A stretch of 64,000 bases of DNA from Candidatus Omnitrophota bacterium (GCA_026416665.1 JAOAET010000051.1:139800-203799), one strand, 5' to 3'; positions 9,374-20,369 are shown, counted from the first letter of the stretch. The notes: generated by a model not told the origin, from the sequence alone. Program-made: numbers and translations.

Positions 9374-10771
9374 TTAAGCAAGTATAACTTGTTCACGCCA
9401 TGAGGGGATATAAGCGGGCATATTATTTTGAGTAAGGACATCTGCAAGTGCTTTACACTGATCCATTTCTCCATGCACTAGAAATATGTTTTTTAAAGGC
9501 ATACATCTGCCAATTAATTCTACCAATTCCTCTCTATCTGCATGTGCACTAAAGGCATCAACAATGACCACTTCGGCATTAAGCTCATATTCTATTCCAA
9601 AAATCTTTACATAACGCTGGCGCTCAACAATACGGCGACCTAACGTGTCCTGTGCCATAAAACCAACAATAAGGATAGTATTGCGAGAATCCTCTATATT
9701 ATTTTTTAAATGATGCAATATTCTTCCTGATTCACACATCCCTGAACCAGCAATAATAACCATAGGTCGTTTCTCAGTGTTTAATGCCTTTGACTGTTTT
9801 TGGTCACGTATAAAGTGAAGATGTAGAAATTCAAAAGGACTTCTGCCTGCTTCAATGGCCTTTTGTGTTTTAGTATTCATATAGATATGGTGATACTTAA
9901 AAACTTCTGTAATTTCTGTAGCCAGAGGACTATCAACATATATAGGTATAAGTGGAATTTGCTGTTCACGAACAAGTTCACTTAAAAAATACAATACCTC
10001 TTGCGTCCTCTCTAAAGAAAATGCAGGAATAATGATTTTACCTTTTCTTTCAATCGTCCGAATTATTGAATCACGTAATTTATTTTTTGCCTCTTGTATT
10101 GGACTGTGGATTCTTCCGCCATAGGTAGATTCTACAATCAGATAATCTAACCCTGAAGGCATATGCGGGTCATTAAGCATAGGTAGATTTTTTCTACCCA
10201 GGTCTACCGCATAACCAATACGCACCTTATGCTGTGCCTCTTGTATATCTAAAACGACGATTGCTGAACCTAATATATGCCCGGCGTCATAAAGTGTAAG
10301 AAATATATTTTTAGCTACACATATCTGCTGGTTGTAAGAGATAACTTGAAATCTCCTTTTTGCTGCACGCAATGCCTCTTGTCTTGTGTAAAGGGGTTTA
10401 CGTAAGGGAAGTCCCAGACGTCGATTAATCTTGTTGACATATCGAATATCTTCCTCCTGAATCTTGCCAGAGTCTTCAAGCATCAACTTTGTCAGATCAC
10501 GTGTGGCATGTGTACAAAAAATTTTACAGCGTAAACCCTGCTTTACAAGTGAAGGTATATTTCCACAGTGATCAATATGGGCGTGCGAAAGGATTAAGGC
10601 ATCAATTTGGCGAGGGCAGAAGGTAAATTTAGAATTTCTTTCATAAAACTCATCTCTTCTACCTTGGAAAAGACCACAATCAAGTAAAACTTTAGCTGTC
10701 TCTGACTCAACCAGATGCATTGAGCCAGTAACTGTGCGCACACCTCCCAAGAATTGTAGACGTATAGCCAC
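9374..10771 (-). CDS. MBL-fold beta-CASP ribonuclease-like hydrolase
   Basis: HxHxDH motif LILSHAHIDHCG. 465 aa, typical of bacterial beta-CASP RNA-metabolising MBL proteins. Confidence 0.7.
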   Translation of the reverse strand: MAIRLQFLGGVRTVTGSMHLVESETAKVLLDCGLFQGRRDEFYERNSKFTFCPRQIDALILSHAHIDHCGNIPSLVKQGLRCKIFCTHATRDLTKLMLEDSGKIQEEDIRYVNKINRRLGLPLRKPLYTRQEALRAAKRRFQVISYNQQICVAKNIFLTLYDAGHILGSAIVVLDIQEAQHKVRIGYAVDLGRKNLPMLNDPHMPSGLDYLIVESTYGGRIHSPIQEAKNKLRDSIIRTIERKGKIIIPAFSLERTQEVLYFLSELVREQQIPLIPIYVDSPLATEITEVFKYHHIYMNTKTQKAIEAGRSPFEFLHLHFIRDQKQSKALNTEKRPMVIIAGSGMCESGRILHHLKNNIEDSRNTILIVGFMAQDTLGRRIVERQRYVKIFGIEYELNAEVVIVDAFSAHADREELVELIGRCMPLKNIFLVHGEMDQCKALADVLTQNNMPAYIPSWREQVILA

Positions 10772-10785
10772 TCTTAAGACCTCTT

Positions 10786-12351
10786 TTAACTTACAAATAA
10801 ATTACGGGAAGAAAACTTACCGTCACTGGTAAGGTATACCCCTAGACGTTTAAAACCTACATCATCACCAGGGGTAGGTATATGAGTCATATGCACCTGG
10901 CAACCGCGTAACTGTTCCAGCTTCTGCATAGCTAATTCTGCAGTATGATTAGTAGTGGCACTAATAGATAAAGCAATAAGGGTCTCTTCTAAATCAAGAC
11001 TCTCTGAGTCGGTCTTAAGTATCTTCTTTTTTAAAAGAGCTATCTGTTTAATAATATGGGGTGACAGTAATAATATCTCATCTGGTATACCGGCCAAGGC
11101 CTTTACGGCATTAAGAACCAGGCTAGATGCAGCATGAAGAAGAGGAGAATTCTTCCCTGTAATAATCCTACCATCGGCTAACTCTATAGCTGCTCCACAA
11201 TATATACCGTCATGACCTTTTTGTAATACTTCTGCCTCCTGAGCGGCCTGACGTGCAGGTTCTACCACCACTCGATCAGTTACTTTAATAGATAATTCCT
11301 CCATCAATCTGGCTACGCGTTCAACTGTTTCTTTACGCTCAATTCCTAACATATATTCACAATGGTAACGAAAATATCTACGAATAATTTCCTGTTTAGC
11401 TGCTTCTTTAACTACTTCGTCATCTATAATACCAAACCCTGCCCGGTTGACTCCCATATCTGTAGGGGAGCGATAAGTAGGCATATTAGCTGAATCTCCA
11501 CTAATGCGTTGAAGAATACTTCTTAATATGGGGAAACATTCAACATCGCGGTTGTAATTAACTGCAATTTGGTTATACTCTGCTAAGTGAAAAGGGTCAA
11601 CCAGATTAAAATCCTGAATATCAGCAGTGGCTGCCTCATAGGCAACATTTACCGGATGTTTTAGCGGTAGATTCCAAATAGGGAATGTCTCAAACTTAGC
11701 ATAGCCGCAAGGAATTCCCCGTTTATATTCCTGGTAGAGTTGGGATAAACAAATAGCCAATTTCCCACTATTTGGACCAGGGGCTGTAACTACCACAATG
11801 GGTTTAGTAGTAGGAATATACTCATTTTTTCCTAATCCTTGTTCACTTACTACTGAATCCACATCCGTGGGATAGCCTTCAATAGGATAATGTAAAAATA
11901 CCTTAATTCCTCTTCGCTCAAGTTTCTGTTTAAAAATAATAGCTGCCTGCTGATTATTGAATCTGGTAATTACTACTCCACAAATATCAAGCCCCCAATT
12001 ACGTAAATCATCAATAAGTTTAAAAGTAGCAGCATCGTAAGTAATACCAAAATCTCCTCTTACCCTGCCCCTCTCAATGTCACCAGCATATATACCCAAG
12101 ATAATATCTACTTTATCTCTTAAACCTTGTAATAACCTTATTTTTACGTTTGGATCATAACCAGGTAAAACTCTTGCCGCATGATAGTCATAACAAAGTT
12201 TGCCACCAAATTCAAGATATAATTTATTACTGCAGGCATTAACCCGCTGAAGAATAGCGTCAGATTGTTCTTTTAGGTATCTCTCGTTATCAAAACCAAT
12301 TTTTGCACGCTGCATACCTACGATCCTTATATTCTGCAACCTTTTAAGCAA
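10786..12351 (-). CDS. DUF1846/UPF0371-family conserved protein
   Basis: 521 aa. N-terminus KIGFDNERYLKEQSDAILQRV...LYLEFGGKL resembles UPF0371 proteins from memory. No database check was possible. Confidence 0.45.
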   Translation of the reverse strand: MLKRLQNIRIVGMQRAKIGFDNERYLKEQSDAILQRVNACSNKLYLEFGGKLCYDYHAARVLPGYDPNVKIRLLQGLRDKVDIILGIYAGDIERGRVRGDFGITYDAATFKLIDDLRNWGLDICGVVITRFNNQQAAIIFKQKLERRGIKVFLHYPIEGYPTDVDSVVSEQGLGKNEYIPTTKPIVVVTAPGPNSGKLAICLSQLYQEYKRGIPCGYAKFETFPIWNLPLKHPVNVAYEAATADIQDFNLVDPFHLAEYNQIAVNYNRDVECFPILRSILQRISGDSANMPTYRSPTDMGVNRAGFGIIDDEVVKEAAKQEIIRRYFRYHCEYMLGIERKETVERVARLMEELSIKVTDRVVVEPARQAAQEAEVLQKGHDGIYCGAAIELADGRIITGKNSPLLHAASSLVLNAVKALAGIPDEILLLSPHIIKQIALLKKKILKTDSESLDLEETLIALSISATTNHTAELAMQKLEQLRGCQVHMTHIPTPGDDVGFKRLGVYLTSDGKFSSRNLFVS

Positions 12352-12664
12352 TTAGTTCAAATGCTTCTTTGACGGACATTCCCTCTTTGATACCTAATGC
12401 CTTTGCTTTAGAATTAGCCTTTGTAATATTGCGCCCAACAAAACGTTCAAGGTTACCAATAGGATTTTCTGGAGAACTTTCTACTAAAGCTGCTGCCTGC
12501 CCAAAGGCTTCAAGAGCAGTTAAATCAAATACACCACAGGCAAGAAAACCCTTTGACCCACAAGCTAATAAAATACTGAATCCCTGCCACTTTAAATGTA
12601 TTCCTTCAATAAAGCCATTTTTTGTATAGAATATTTTATTGGTAACTTCCATATAGCAGTTCAC
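12344..12664 (-). CDS. small conserved protein, DUF1805 (YunC-like) family candidate
   Basis: 106 aa. GFLACGVFDLTALEAFGQAAALVE segment. 8-nt overlap with the upstream gene. Confidence 0.35.
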   Translation of the reverse strand: MNCYMEVTNKIFYTKNGFIEGIHLKWQGFSILLACGSKGFLACGVFDLTALEAFGQAAALVESSPENPIGNLERFVGRNITKANSKAKALGIKEGMSVKEAFELIA

Positions 12665-12714
12665 TGTGGCTTTCTACCTGACATTTTAATAAATGATCTG
12701 TTATATTTTGAGTT

Positions 12715-13140
12715 TTAGCACGCTTTCTCGGCCTTATTAACAAGCCTACTTCGTATTTCTTCGGGCACCTTCGTTGTTTTAAAATTACTTAAAGTCACAG
12801 TTGCCCAAATAACTTCTGCATCTACTAAAAGTGTATTATCCCTGTAAATATCCTGAATAAAATGAATAGAAGAATTACCGATTTTTTTTACCTTAACATA
12901 AACTCTGACTATATCTGCATAGTATGCAGGCCTGCGATAATTAATCTGTAAATGAACTACTACAAAACCAATATCTTTCTTTAGCCACTCAGCAGTATCT
13001 ATTCCATAAGCTCTACAGAACTCTGTTCGTGCTTCTTCTAACATTAAAAGATAGTTGGCATAATAAACAACACCTCCTGCATCAGTATTATGGTAATAGA
13101 TTTTTTTTGTAATAAAGAAGGGTTCTGTTAATACTGACAT
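12715..13140 (-). CDS. acyl-CoA thioesterase, YbgC/4HBT hot-dog family
   Basis: 141 aa. YYHNTDAGGVVYYANYLLMLEEARTEF is the typical 4HBT N-terminal motif. Confidence 0.7.
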   Translation of the reverse strand: MSVLTEPFFITKKIYYHNTDAGGVVYYANYLLMLEEARTEFCRAYGIDTAEWLKKDIGFVVVHLQINYRRPAYYADIVRVYVKVKKIGNSSIHFIQDIYRDNTLLVDAEVIWATVTLSNFKTTKVPEEIRSRLVNKAEKAC

Positions 13141-13145
13141 TATTT

Positions 13146-14510
13146 CTACAGATATTTCGCAGGATTAGTAGTGTAGGATAAAATACTTTCGCGACTAACC
13201 AGTCCTTTGGTATAAAGCTCTTCTAGTGACTGCTCCATTGTATGCATTCCGAGACGAGAACCTGTCTCAATAACACCCTTTATCTCTTCAGTCTTTCCTT
13301 TGCGAATCATATTTGCCACAGCAGGAGTCACAATTAGCACCTCTGTTGCAACAATTCTACCTTGTTTATCCGCCCTTGGCAGAAGTACTTGACAAACAAC
13401 GCCACGTAATGTCTCAGCAAGCTGCATCCGAATCTGCTGTTGTTGGTTAGCAGGAAAGGCATCCACAATACGGTTAATACTAGAGACTGCATCCATGGTA
13501 TGTAGTGTCGTTAAAACCAAATGCCCAGTTTCAGCAGCAGAGAGAGCTACAGAGATAGAATTAAGGTCACGAATCTCACCAATGAATAATACATCTATAT
13601 CTTGACGCACAATATACTTTAGGGCACTTTGAAAAGAATGTGCGTCAATACCAATTTCGCGTTGCTCAATAATACTTTTCTTTGGACGGAAAAGATACTC
13701 TATTGGTTCCTCAAGACTCATCACCACACATTTTCGAGTATTGTTAATTATTTCAATCATTGCCGCTAAAGTTGTGCTTTTCCCTGAACCATTTGGACCA
13801 GTAACAAGCACCAAACCTGTAGGTTTTTTAGCTAATTCTTCTAATATAGACGGCAGATGTAACTGTTCTAAAGTAGGAATATCAGTAGGAATATACCGCA
13901 TAGAGGCACCGATTTGTCCTTTTTCCTGATGGACATTAAGACGAAATCTTCCTACGTCATTGCAGTAAGACACATCCAACTCCAAATCCCGTTCAAACCG
14001 TTCGCGTTGTTCACTGGATAACATACCATAGACCATAGAACGCACATCCTCTGCAGTTAATTCTTGGGGAGTAATTGGGCGAAGATCTCCAAATACACGC
14101 ATAGTAGGAGGCCTGCCCACCACTAAATGCACATCTGATGCCTGGTTGCGAACCGCTATACTTAATAAGCGGTCAATATCCACTGCTTGTAACCACTGAC
14201 GTATCAGAGAAAGGTCTTTTTCCCGTATCTCGGTAAAAGTCACTCCTGCTTCATAGGTTTTATTTGCCTTTAACTCTTTTACCCAAACTATCCGTGCTTT
14301 AGCATTTATAGGATTAGGTTGACGAAAGGTGATAAATTCTAATTCTAATACATTGCCGATAGCTACAGGTTCTTCTACAAACATCAAAAGCATTCCTCCT
14401 TCTCCCATATTCTCTGCAAACGCTTCGCTGATTTTTTTATCAAAAACTCCTTCTCTCCGATAACGAACCTTGATACTGACGGGTATCCGACGTGATTTTC
14501 TTTTCTCCAT
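13146..14510 (-). CDS. PilZ-domain / PilT-like type IV pilus retraction-family ATPase fusion
   Basis: The N-terminal ~110 aa carry PilZ signatures RKSRR (RxxxR) and NMGEGG (D/NxSxxG-like). The C-terminal ~340 aa are a PilT/PilU-type ATPase with Walker A GPNGSGKST and conserved His/Asp boxes. Confidence 0.65.
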   Translation of the reverse strand: MEKRKSRRIPVSIKVRYRREGVFDKKISEAFAENMGEGGMLLMFVEEPVAIGNVLELEFITFRQPNPINAKARIVWVKELKANKTYEAGVTFTEIREKDLSLIRQWLQAVDIDRLLSIAVRNQASDVHLVVGRPPTMRVFGDLRPITPQELTAEDVRSMVYGMLSSEQRERFERDLELDVSYCNDVGRFRLNVHQEKGQIGASMRYIPTDIPTLEQLHLPSILEELAKKPTGLVLVTGPNGSGKSTTLAAMIEIINNTRKCVVMSLEEPIEYLFRPKKSIIEQREIGIDAHSFQSALKYIVRQDIDVLFIGEIRDLNSISVALSAAETGHLVLTTLHTMDAVSSINRIVDAFPANQQQQIRMQLAETLRGVVCQVLLPRADKQGRIVATEVLIVTPAVANMIRKGKTEEIKGVIETGSRLGMHTMEQSLEELYTKGLVSRESILSYTTNPAKYL

Positions 14511-14617
14511 TGTCTACCCCTTTTTAAAAGATTTTTTTATATAGATATTTAAAGATTTTTAGTCATTTTTGTCTAGTCATAAATATATTCTTATAAAGGT
14601 AGTTCCCAACCTACTTG

Positions 14618-14917
14618 CTAATCAATCTCAAGAATAAATCCCTCTATAGCATCGCGGAATTCCTGCCATTCTGCACGACAGCGAAAAGCAATTTTTTTAT
14701 TACGTTTCCATTCTCCTTTTATTTTGCGCCAGCGATAAAAACAGACTTGTTTTTTCCCGTGATCTTCTACTAGTGCCACAACTGACCACCAACCCAATGC
14801 CATATTCTTTTTGATAGTTCTATACCGAATAAGACGAATAGGGGCATGAATAGGTGGCTTCTCCTCTTCTTTTGTCTTTTGGGATTCATCAAAAGGGGGC
14901 AAAGTTTCTTCTTTCAT
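14618..14917 (-). CDS. hypothetical basic Trp-rich small protein
   Basis: 99-aa ORF in the operon position between ptsN and the PilZ-PilT gene. No recognisable motif. Confidence 0.3.
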   Translation of the reverse strand: MKEETLPPFDESQKTKEEEKPPIHAPIRLIRYRTIKKNMALGWWSVVALVEDHGKKQVCFYRWRKIKGEWKRNKKIAFRCRAEWQEFRDAIEGFILEID

Positions 14918-14933
14918 CGTGTCTCCTTTCGGA

Positions 14934-15404
14934 CTATTTCTTGTGTCCTAATTCAAATTTTTTTAACACACTAATAAGCTCTTGAACAGTTGAGGCATGT
15001 AAAAATTCTTCTAAAAATTGCCGCTGGTTTACCAATTGTGCTAAAGAAGCTAATATTTTAAGGTAAGTAGAGATATCAGAAGGGCAAGTGCCAATCAAAA
15101 ATATGGCATTTACCTCCTGCCCGTCTAAAGATTGAAAATCAATTCCCTCAAGAGAACGACCAAAACAAAGTGCAATCCCATCTACCGAATGAGTTGGGGC
15201 GTGGGGTATAGCTACACGATTGCCAATACCTGTGGACCCTAACTGCTCACGTTCTAAGACATGTTTTATAAAATCTGCTTTATCTTTAATCTTTCCGTTT
15301 TTCTCTAGAACATCAGCCAACTCTCGGATTGCTTGTTCTTTATTTTTGGCTTTTAAATCCATAACGCACAATTCAGGACGCAGGAAATCTACTAATCTAG
15401 CCAT
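14934..15404 (-). CDS. ptsN: PTS EIIA(Ntr)-type nitrogen regulatory protein
   Basis: 156 aa. Active-site region GIGNRVAIPHAPT is typical of fructose/mannitol-family EIIA (PtsN). Confidence 0.65.
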   Translation of the reverse strand: MARLVDFLRPELCVMDLKAKNKEQAIRELADVLEKNGKIKDKADFIKHVLEREQLGSTGIGNRVAIPHAPTHSVDGIALCFGRSLEGIDFQSLDGQEVNAIFLIGTCPSDISTYLKILASLAQLVNQRQFLEEFLHASTVQELISVLKKFELGHKK

Positions 15405-15889
15405 TAAATAATCTCCTTATACAACTGTTCTACCATCGCAGGGTTTTTTACAATGAGCACCGGACAAGGAGCGGTACGGAATATTCGTTCGCCTTCATCA
15501 TAGAAAGTCTCGGTTCGTGAAATGATATCTTTAAGCTCTCCTAACACCAGAATATCTGCTGGTAAATCCTCAACTTTCTTAATTACCTCTTCGTGTATTG
15601 CACCGCGTAATAAATAAACTTCTGTGTTCACTGACTTTGCTTCTGCCATCTTCTTAATGCGTTCCAACATAATAGTTCCCTGCTGCTGTAGCTCCTCTTC
15701 ATAAGAACGCGCCTCCACCTCTACAAAAATACGACTTCTTAACAATTCTGCTAGGGCTTTAGTATCAATAACATAAACAACACTTAGCTTTGCCTGTAAA
15801 AGCCGTGCTAGGACAATTGCATATTTTGCGGCAACTAATGCCTGAGTAGAGCCTGAAACAGAAACAAGGATATTTTTTATCACCAGCAC
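15404..15889 (-). CDS. universal stress protein (UspA family)
   Basis: 161 aa. N-terminus ILVSVSGSTQALVAAKYAIVLA and C-terminus ADILVLGE...APCPVLIVK match the Usp fold. Confidence 0.6.
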   Translation of the reverse strand: MLVIKNILVSVSGSTQALVAAKYAIVLARLLQAKLSVVYVIDTKALAELLRSRIFVEVEARSYEEELQQQGTIMLERIKKMAEAKSVNTEVYLLRGAIHEEVIKKVEDLPADILVLGELKDIISRTETFYDEGERIFRTAPCPVLIVKNPAMVEQLYKEII

Positions 15890-15897
15890 TCCTTAGA

Positions 15898-16515
15898 TTA
15901 GAACTTATACTGTTTGATAAGTTTTAATAATGCAAAACTATCACGCGCCTCTTCTTCTAGACGTTCACTAATATACTTGGTTGCTTGCTTGTAATAAGGA
16001 ATATAGATTTTCTCTAATGCCTTTACCTTACGTATAGTGCGGCGTGTCTCTTCAGCAAGGCGCAGTAGAGCAATTTTTTTTTCGGCCAAAGCCACAATTG
16101 CTTTCAAGACTTCTTTAAAACTCATAATTGCTTCATCTACTGTTAGAGGTACCTGAGTCATACTGCAATAAGGTATTTTTTCCTTAATTTGAAGAGAGAT
16201 TACTGGCACAGTTACCCCCATAATGCGACGTTGCGATATTGCAAGTTGAGTATCTATATCCACAGCCATACTCAATATCTCAAGACGAGTTCTACCTATT
16301 TGAGCAATTGCTCTATCCAATATCCTATAAGCAGTCTGCATTATCTCATTTAACTTACTTTGGCTATGGTCTACACTGTCAATTAAAGCAGTCAACTCTT
16401 GTAAAAGAATTTTTCGTTTTTCATCAAGCAGGTCATAACCTTGTTGCGTAAGTTCTAAATTTTGTTTTATTTTAAGTAAATTAGTTTTTGTGGCAGCAAT
16501 GTTTACGTTACCCAT
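15898..16515 (-). CDS. atpD: V-type ATP synthase subunit D
   Basis: 205 aa. ATKTNLLKIKQNLELTQQGYDLLDEKRKIL is typical of V/A-type subunit D. Position after subunit B. Confidence 0.8.
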   Translation of the reverse strand: MGNVNIAATKTNLLKIKQNLELTQQGYDLLDEKRKILLQELTALIDSVDHSQSKLNEIMQTAYRILDRAIAQIGRTRLEILSMAVDIDTQLAISQRRIMGVTVPVISLQIKEKIPYCSMTQVPLTVDEAIMSFKEVLKAIVALAEKKIALLRLAEETRRTIRKVKALEKIYIPYYKQATKYISERLEEEARDSFALLKLIKQYKF

Positions 16516-16550
16516 AGATTTTAATTAGATAAAAAGAAAAAAATCTTACT

Positions 16551-17936
16551 CTATTTATTACTAGGTTTATAATAAATCTCAAGAAATTCCTCTTTTATTC
16601 GTGCAAGCTCTTCCTTAGGTAAAATAGAGATAATCTCCCAACCCAAGTCAAGCCCTTGTTCAATACTACGCCGTTCAAAATAACCTTGGCTTAAGAAACG
16701 CCTTTCAAACTCTTCACCAAATTTTAAATACAAGGCGTCTAAAGGAGAAAGCTCTTCTTCTCCGATAATAGAAGCCAATGCCCGAACATCCTTAACATGG
16801 GCGTAACAAGAAAATAATTGTGAGGTCAACGCAGGGTGATCTTCACGGGTCATACCCTTACCAATATTATCCTTCATTAAGCGCGATAAAGAAGGCAGAC
16901 CTGCTACTGGTGGATAGATACCGCGAGCATACAATTCTCTTTCCAAAACTATCTGGCCTTCAGTAATGTAACCTGTAAGATCGGGTATAGGATGGGTAAT
17001 ATCGTCATTAGGCATAGTAAGAATGGGTAATTGCGTAATAGATCCTTTAGCGTCTTTAATCATACCTGCCCGTTCATAAAGGCTGGCTAGGTCGCTATAA
17101 AGGTATCCTGGATATCCTTTACGTGCAGGAATCTCTCCACGGACCGTAGAAAGCTCCCTTAGCGCCTCACAATAATTAGACATATCGGTCATAATTACTA
17201 ATACATGCATATCCTTCTTAAATGCCAAAAACTCTGCACAACTTAATGCAAAACGTGGAGTCATCAAACGAGCAATAGAGGGTGCATCTGCTAAACTCAA
17301 AAATACTGCTACACGGTCAAGAACACCTGATTCCTCAAAACTCTTTATAAAAAATTGAGCAGTATCGTACTTAACCCCCATTGCTGCAAACACTACACAG
17401 AAATTCTCTTCTTTTACTCGTGCTTGACGTGCAATTTGAGTAGCAATCAAATCATGGGGAAGTCCACTTCCAGAGAATATAGGTAGTTTTTGCCCGCGTA
17501 CAAGAGTATTCATTACATCTATAGAAGAAATCCCTGTTTCAATAATGTTGCACGGATATTGTCTGCTAGTAGGATTAATTGCCAGACCATTTACGTCAAT
17601 AAATTCCTCATAGACAGGTTGTGGCAAGCCATCTAAAGGATTTCCTAATCCGTCAAATATTCGTCCCAACATATCAGTAGAAACACCTACTTTAAGAGGT
17701 TCTTCTGTAAATCTTACCCGACAATTGGACAGCGAAAGCCCACTTGTTCCTCCTAATACCTGCACTACCGCAAAGCCCTTTCCTACTTCTAAAGTTATTC
17801 CTAGTCTGTTTTTGTTCTCTTGATCAGTAATCTCAACGACCTCGTTGTACCCTACATTATGTATATTGCGAATAATAAAAATTGGTCCCACTACTTCTTC
17901 TAGTCCCACATATTCACGAAAAGTATACCTATTCAT
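16551..17936 (-). CDS. atpB: V-type ATP synthase subunit B (regulatory)
   Basis: 461 aa. V-type B family hallmarks. Confidence 0.85.
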   Translation of the reverse strand: MNRYTFREYVGLEEVVGPIFIIRNIHNVGYNEVVEITDQENKNRLGITLEVGKGFAVVQVLGGTSGLSLSNCRVRFTEEPLKVGVSTDMLGRIFDGLGNPLDGLPQPVYEEFIDVNGLAINPTSRQYPCNIIETGISSIDVMNTLVRGQKLPIFSGSGLPHDLIATQIARQARVKEENFCVVFAAMGVKYDTAQFFIKSFEESGVLDRVAVFLSLADAPSIARLMTPRFALSCAEFLAFKKDMHVLVIMTDMSNYCEALRELSTVRGEIPARKGYPGYLYSDLASLYERAGMIKDAKGSITQLPILTMPNDDITHPIPDLTGYITEGQIVLERELYARGIYPPVAGLPSLSRLMKDNIGKGMTREDHPALTSQLFSCYAHVKDVRALASIIGEEELSPLDALYLKFGEEFERRFLSQGYFERRSIEQGLDLGWEIISILPKEELARIKEEFLEIYYKPSNK

Positions 17937-17953
17937 CTTTATCCTTTGCTTGA

Positions 17954-19714
17954 TTATAAATCTAACTCTCTTAATGTCTCTTCAACTTTCCTAGGAAAAT
18001 TATTTAATTCCTCTAGCATATCTTCAGAGAACTTCTGGCGCATACGCATTATCTCATTGAAGATCGGCTGTTCTCTAAGCTCTTCTATGCTGATTCCCTT
18101 TTTAATTAATCCGTCTGCCTGCTGATAAAAAGTAATGATAGATTTAAGCATCAGAAACTGTTTACGCGCAGAAGAGTAAGTATCTATTTGATCAAAGGCA
18201 ACCTGTTGTAAGAAACCATTCTTAAAAAGGCTACAGACTTCTAGAACTAATCTCTGTGACGGAGGAAGCACATCTGTCCCTACCAACTTCACTACTTGTA
18301 AAAGACGTTGTTCCTTTTGTAACAACTCCATTATATTCTGACGTAATTTCTCCCATTCTGGACTAATTTGTCTATGCCACCAGTTTTTTACATCTTCTAG
18401 GTATTCAGAGTAACTATCTATCCAGCTGATGGCAGGATAATGCCGACTATTAGCTAGTTCCCTATCTAATGCCCAAAAACAACGGATAAAACGCTTGGTA
18501 TGTGAAGTCACTGGCTCTGAGAAATCTCCACCCTGTGGTGAAACAGCAGCAATAATAGTTATACTGCCATAATCGTTGGAGAGGGTTTTGACTTTCCCTG
18601 CTCGTTCATAAAATTCAGCAAGTCTTGAAGGTAGATACGCAGGAAACCCTTCTTCAAGAGGCATCTCTTCTAAACGTCCAGACAATTCCCTTAAAGCCTC
18701 TGCCCAACGTGAGGTAGAATCAGCCATCAAAGCTACATGATAACCCATATCACGATAATACTCAGCAAGAGTAATTCCGGTGTAAATACTTGCCTCACGC
18801 GCCGCAACAGGCATGTTAGAAGTATTGGCAATGAAAATTGTCCTTTCTGAGAGTGGCCGTTGGGTGCGTGGGTCAATAAGATTTGGGAAATTAAGTAGTA
18901 CATCTGTCATTTCATTACCACGTTCACCACAACCAACATAGATAACAATATCTGCATCTGACCATTTTGCTACCTGATGTTGAATCACAGTTTTACCTGT
19001 GCCGAATCCTCCAGGAACTGCCACACAACCGCCCTTAGCTACAGGAAAAAGGGTGTCAATCACCCGTTGACCAGTTAACAAGGGTTCCTCTAAACTTAGT
19101 CGTTTTAGGTAAGGCCGTGGTCTACGTACTGGCCAAAGTTGCACCATAGGAATTTTGTATTCTTTTCCTTTTTCATCCACTATTACGGCGATTTCTTCAT
19201 CTATTACATAATCTCCCTCAGGTTTAATAGCAATAATTTTTCCTTTAATATTTACCGGAACCATTATCTTATGTAAAATCCTTGCCGTCTCCTGAACCTG
19301 ACCAATCACTTCCCCACCAGAAACTTCTTTTCCAGTTTGCACTAATGGCACAAAATGCCATTTCTTTTCAGTATCAAGCGAGCGATTATGCATGCCTCGT
19401 TGAATAAAAACACCTTGTTTTTTTCGCATAACCTCAAGAGGTCGCTGAATTCCATCATAAATATTACCGAGTAGACCCGGACCAAGTTCAACAAAAAGAG
19501 GAAATCCTTCACTATAAACTTCATCACCAGCTCTTAAGGAAGTGGTATCTTCATAAACCTGTACAAAACCATGGTCACCTTTTAAACGAACCACCTCACC
19601 TATAAGACGTTGTGGCCCTACCTGAACCATATCCAGCATCTTTAAATTAGTAACTCCCTCTAACTCTACTACAGGGCCATTTACTCGATAAACTCTTCCT
19701 ACTAAATTAGCCAT
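17954..19714 (-). CDS. atpA: V-type ATP synthase subunit A (catalytic)
   Basis: 586 aa. Walker [12 protein letters not shown]-subunit non-homologous insert region. Confidence 0.85.
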   Translation of the reverse strand: MANLVGRVYRVNGPVVELEGVTNLKMLDMVQVGPQRLIGEVVRLKGDHGFVQVYEDTTSLRAGDEVYSEGFPLFVELGPGLLGNIYDGIQRPLEVMRKKQGVFIQRGMHNRSLDTEKKWHFVPLVQTGKEVSGGEVIGQVQETARILHKIMVPVNIKGKIIAIKPEGDYVIDEEIAVIVDEKGKEYKIPMVQLWPVRRPRPYLKRLSLEEPLLTGQRVIDTLFPVAKGGCVAVPGGFGTGKTVIQHQVAKWSDADIVIYVGCGERGNEMTDVLLNFPNLIDPRTQRPLSERTIFIANTSNMPVAAREASIYTGITLAEYYRDMGYHVALMADSTSRWAEALRELSGRLEEMPLEEGFPAYLPSRLAEFYERAGKVKTLSNDYGSITIIAAVSPQGGDFSEPVTSHTKRFIRCFWALDRELANSRHYPAISWIDSYSEYLEDVKNWWHRQISPEWEKLRQNIMELLQKEQRLLQVVKLVGTDVLPPSQRLVLEVCSLFKNGFLQQVAFDQIDTYSSARKQFLMLKSIITFYQQADGLIKKGISIEELREQPIFNEIMRMRQKFSEDMLEELNNFPRKVEETLRELDL

Positions 19715-19721
19715 ATAAGTC

Positions 19722-20369
19722 TCAACTTGTGGTATAACGTAACAATTCTTGTTCTATATTCTGTCTCTGCCTTTCTAAACGGCTAGAAAACCTGTTGTCA
19801 AACATCAAACGCCCATCTGCAGAATAAACAATTACCCCAATATCTTGAAAATCTGATTCCTTCCAGTGAAAAACTAAAGATTTTTTTGCCGTAGAGCAAC
19901 AGCTGGCTTCTATTTTCTTTCTAAAATTCTCATTGAAGATATTTCTGTCATATTTAGAATAAATCACTACCAGCTCGTTACTGCCAACTACCATCACAGC
20001 TTCAATAATGGCTTTTTCTAGGAAATAAGGATATTTACTATCCAAGCGAAAATCTTCTGCTTGTTTTTGTATTTGGGCAAAAACCTCTTTAATCAGGCGG
20101 TCTTTGTTCTGAAGAATAAGCCTTTTTTTCTCTAAGACCAAAGAAGATAAAATCTTCTCTTTTATCTTTTCTGTCTGCTTTTGACTGTCATCTAAAAGTT
20201 GCTGTTTTCTCTTCTGAGCTTCTTGCTGTGCCTGTTGAAGTATTTTTTCTTTTTGTCTAAGGGCAGCCTCTTTTATCTTAACGACCTCTTCTTCTGCCTG
20301 TTTAAGAATACGTTCACAAATAACCTCGGCATTCTCAACATTTGTCTGCTTCATTAATTGCTCACTCAT
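19722..20369 (-). CDS. atpE: V-type ATP synthase subunit E
   Basis: 215 aa. Long N-terminal coiled coil (KQAEEEVVKIKEAALRQKEKILQQAQQEAQKRK) with a globular C-terminus. Confidence 0.65.
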   Translation of the reverse strand: MSEQLMKQTNVENAEVICERILKQAEEEVVKIKEAALRQKEKILQQAQQEAQKRKQQLLDDSQKQTEKIKEKILSSLVLEKKRLILQNKDRLIKEVFAQIQKQAEDFRLDSKYPYFLEKAIIEAVMVVGSNELVVIYSKYDRNIFNENFRKKIEASCCSTAKKSLVFHWKESDFQDIGVIVYSADGRLMFDNRFSSRLERQRQNIEQELLRYTTS

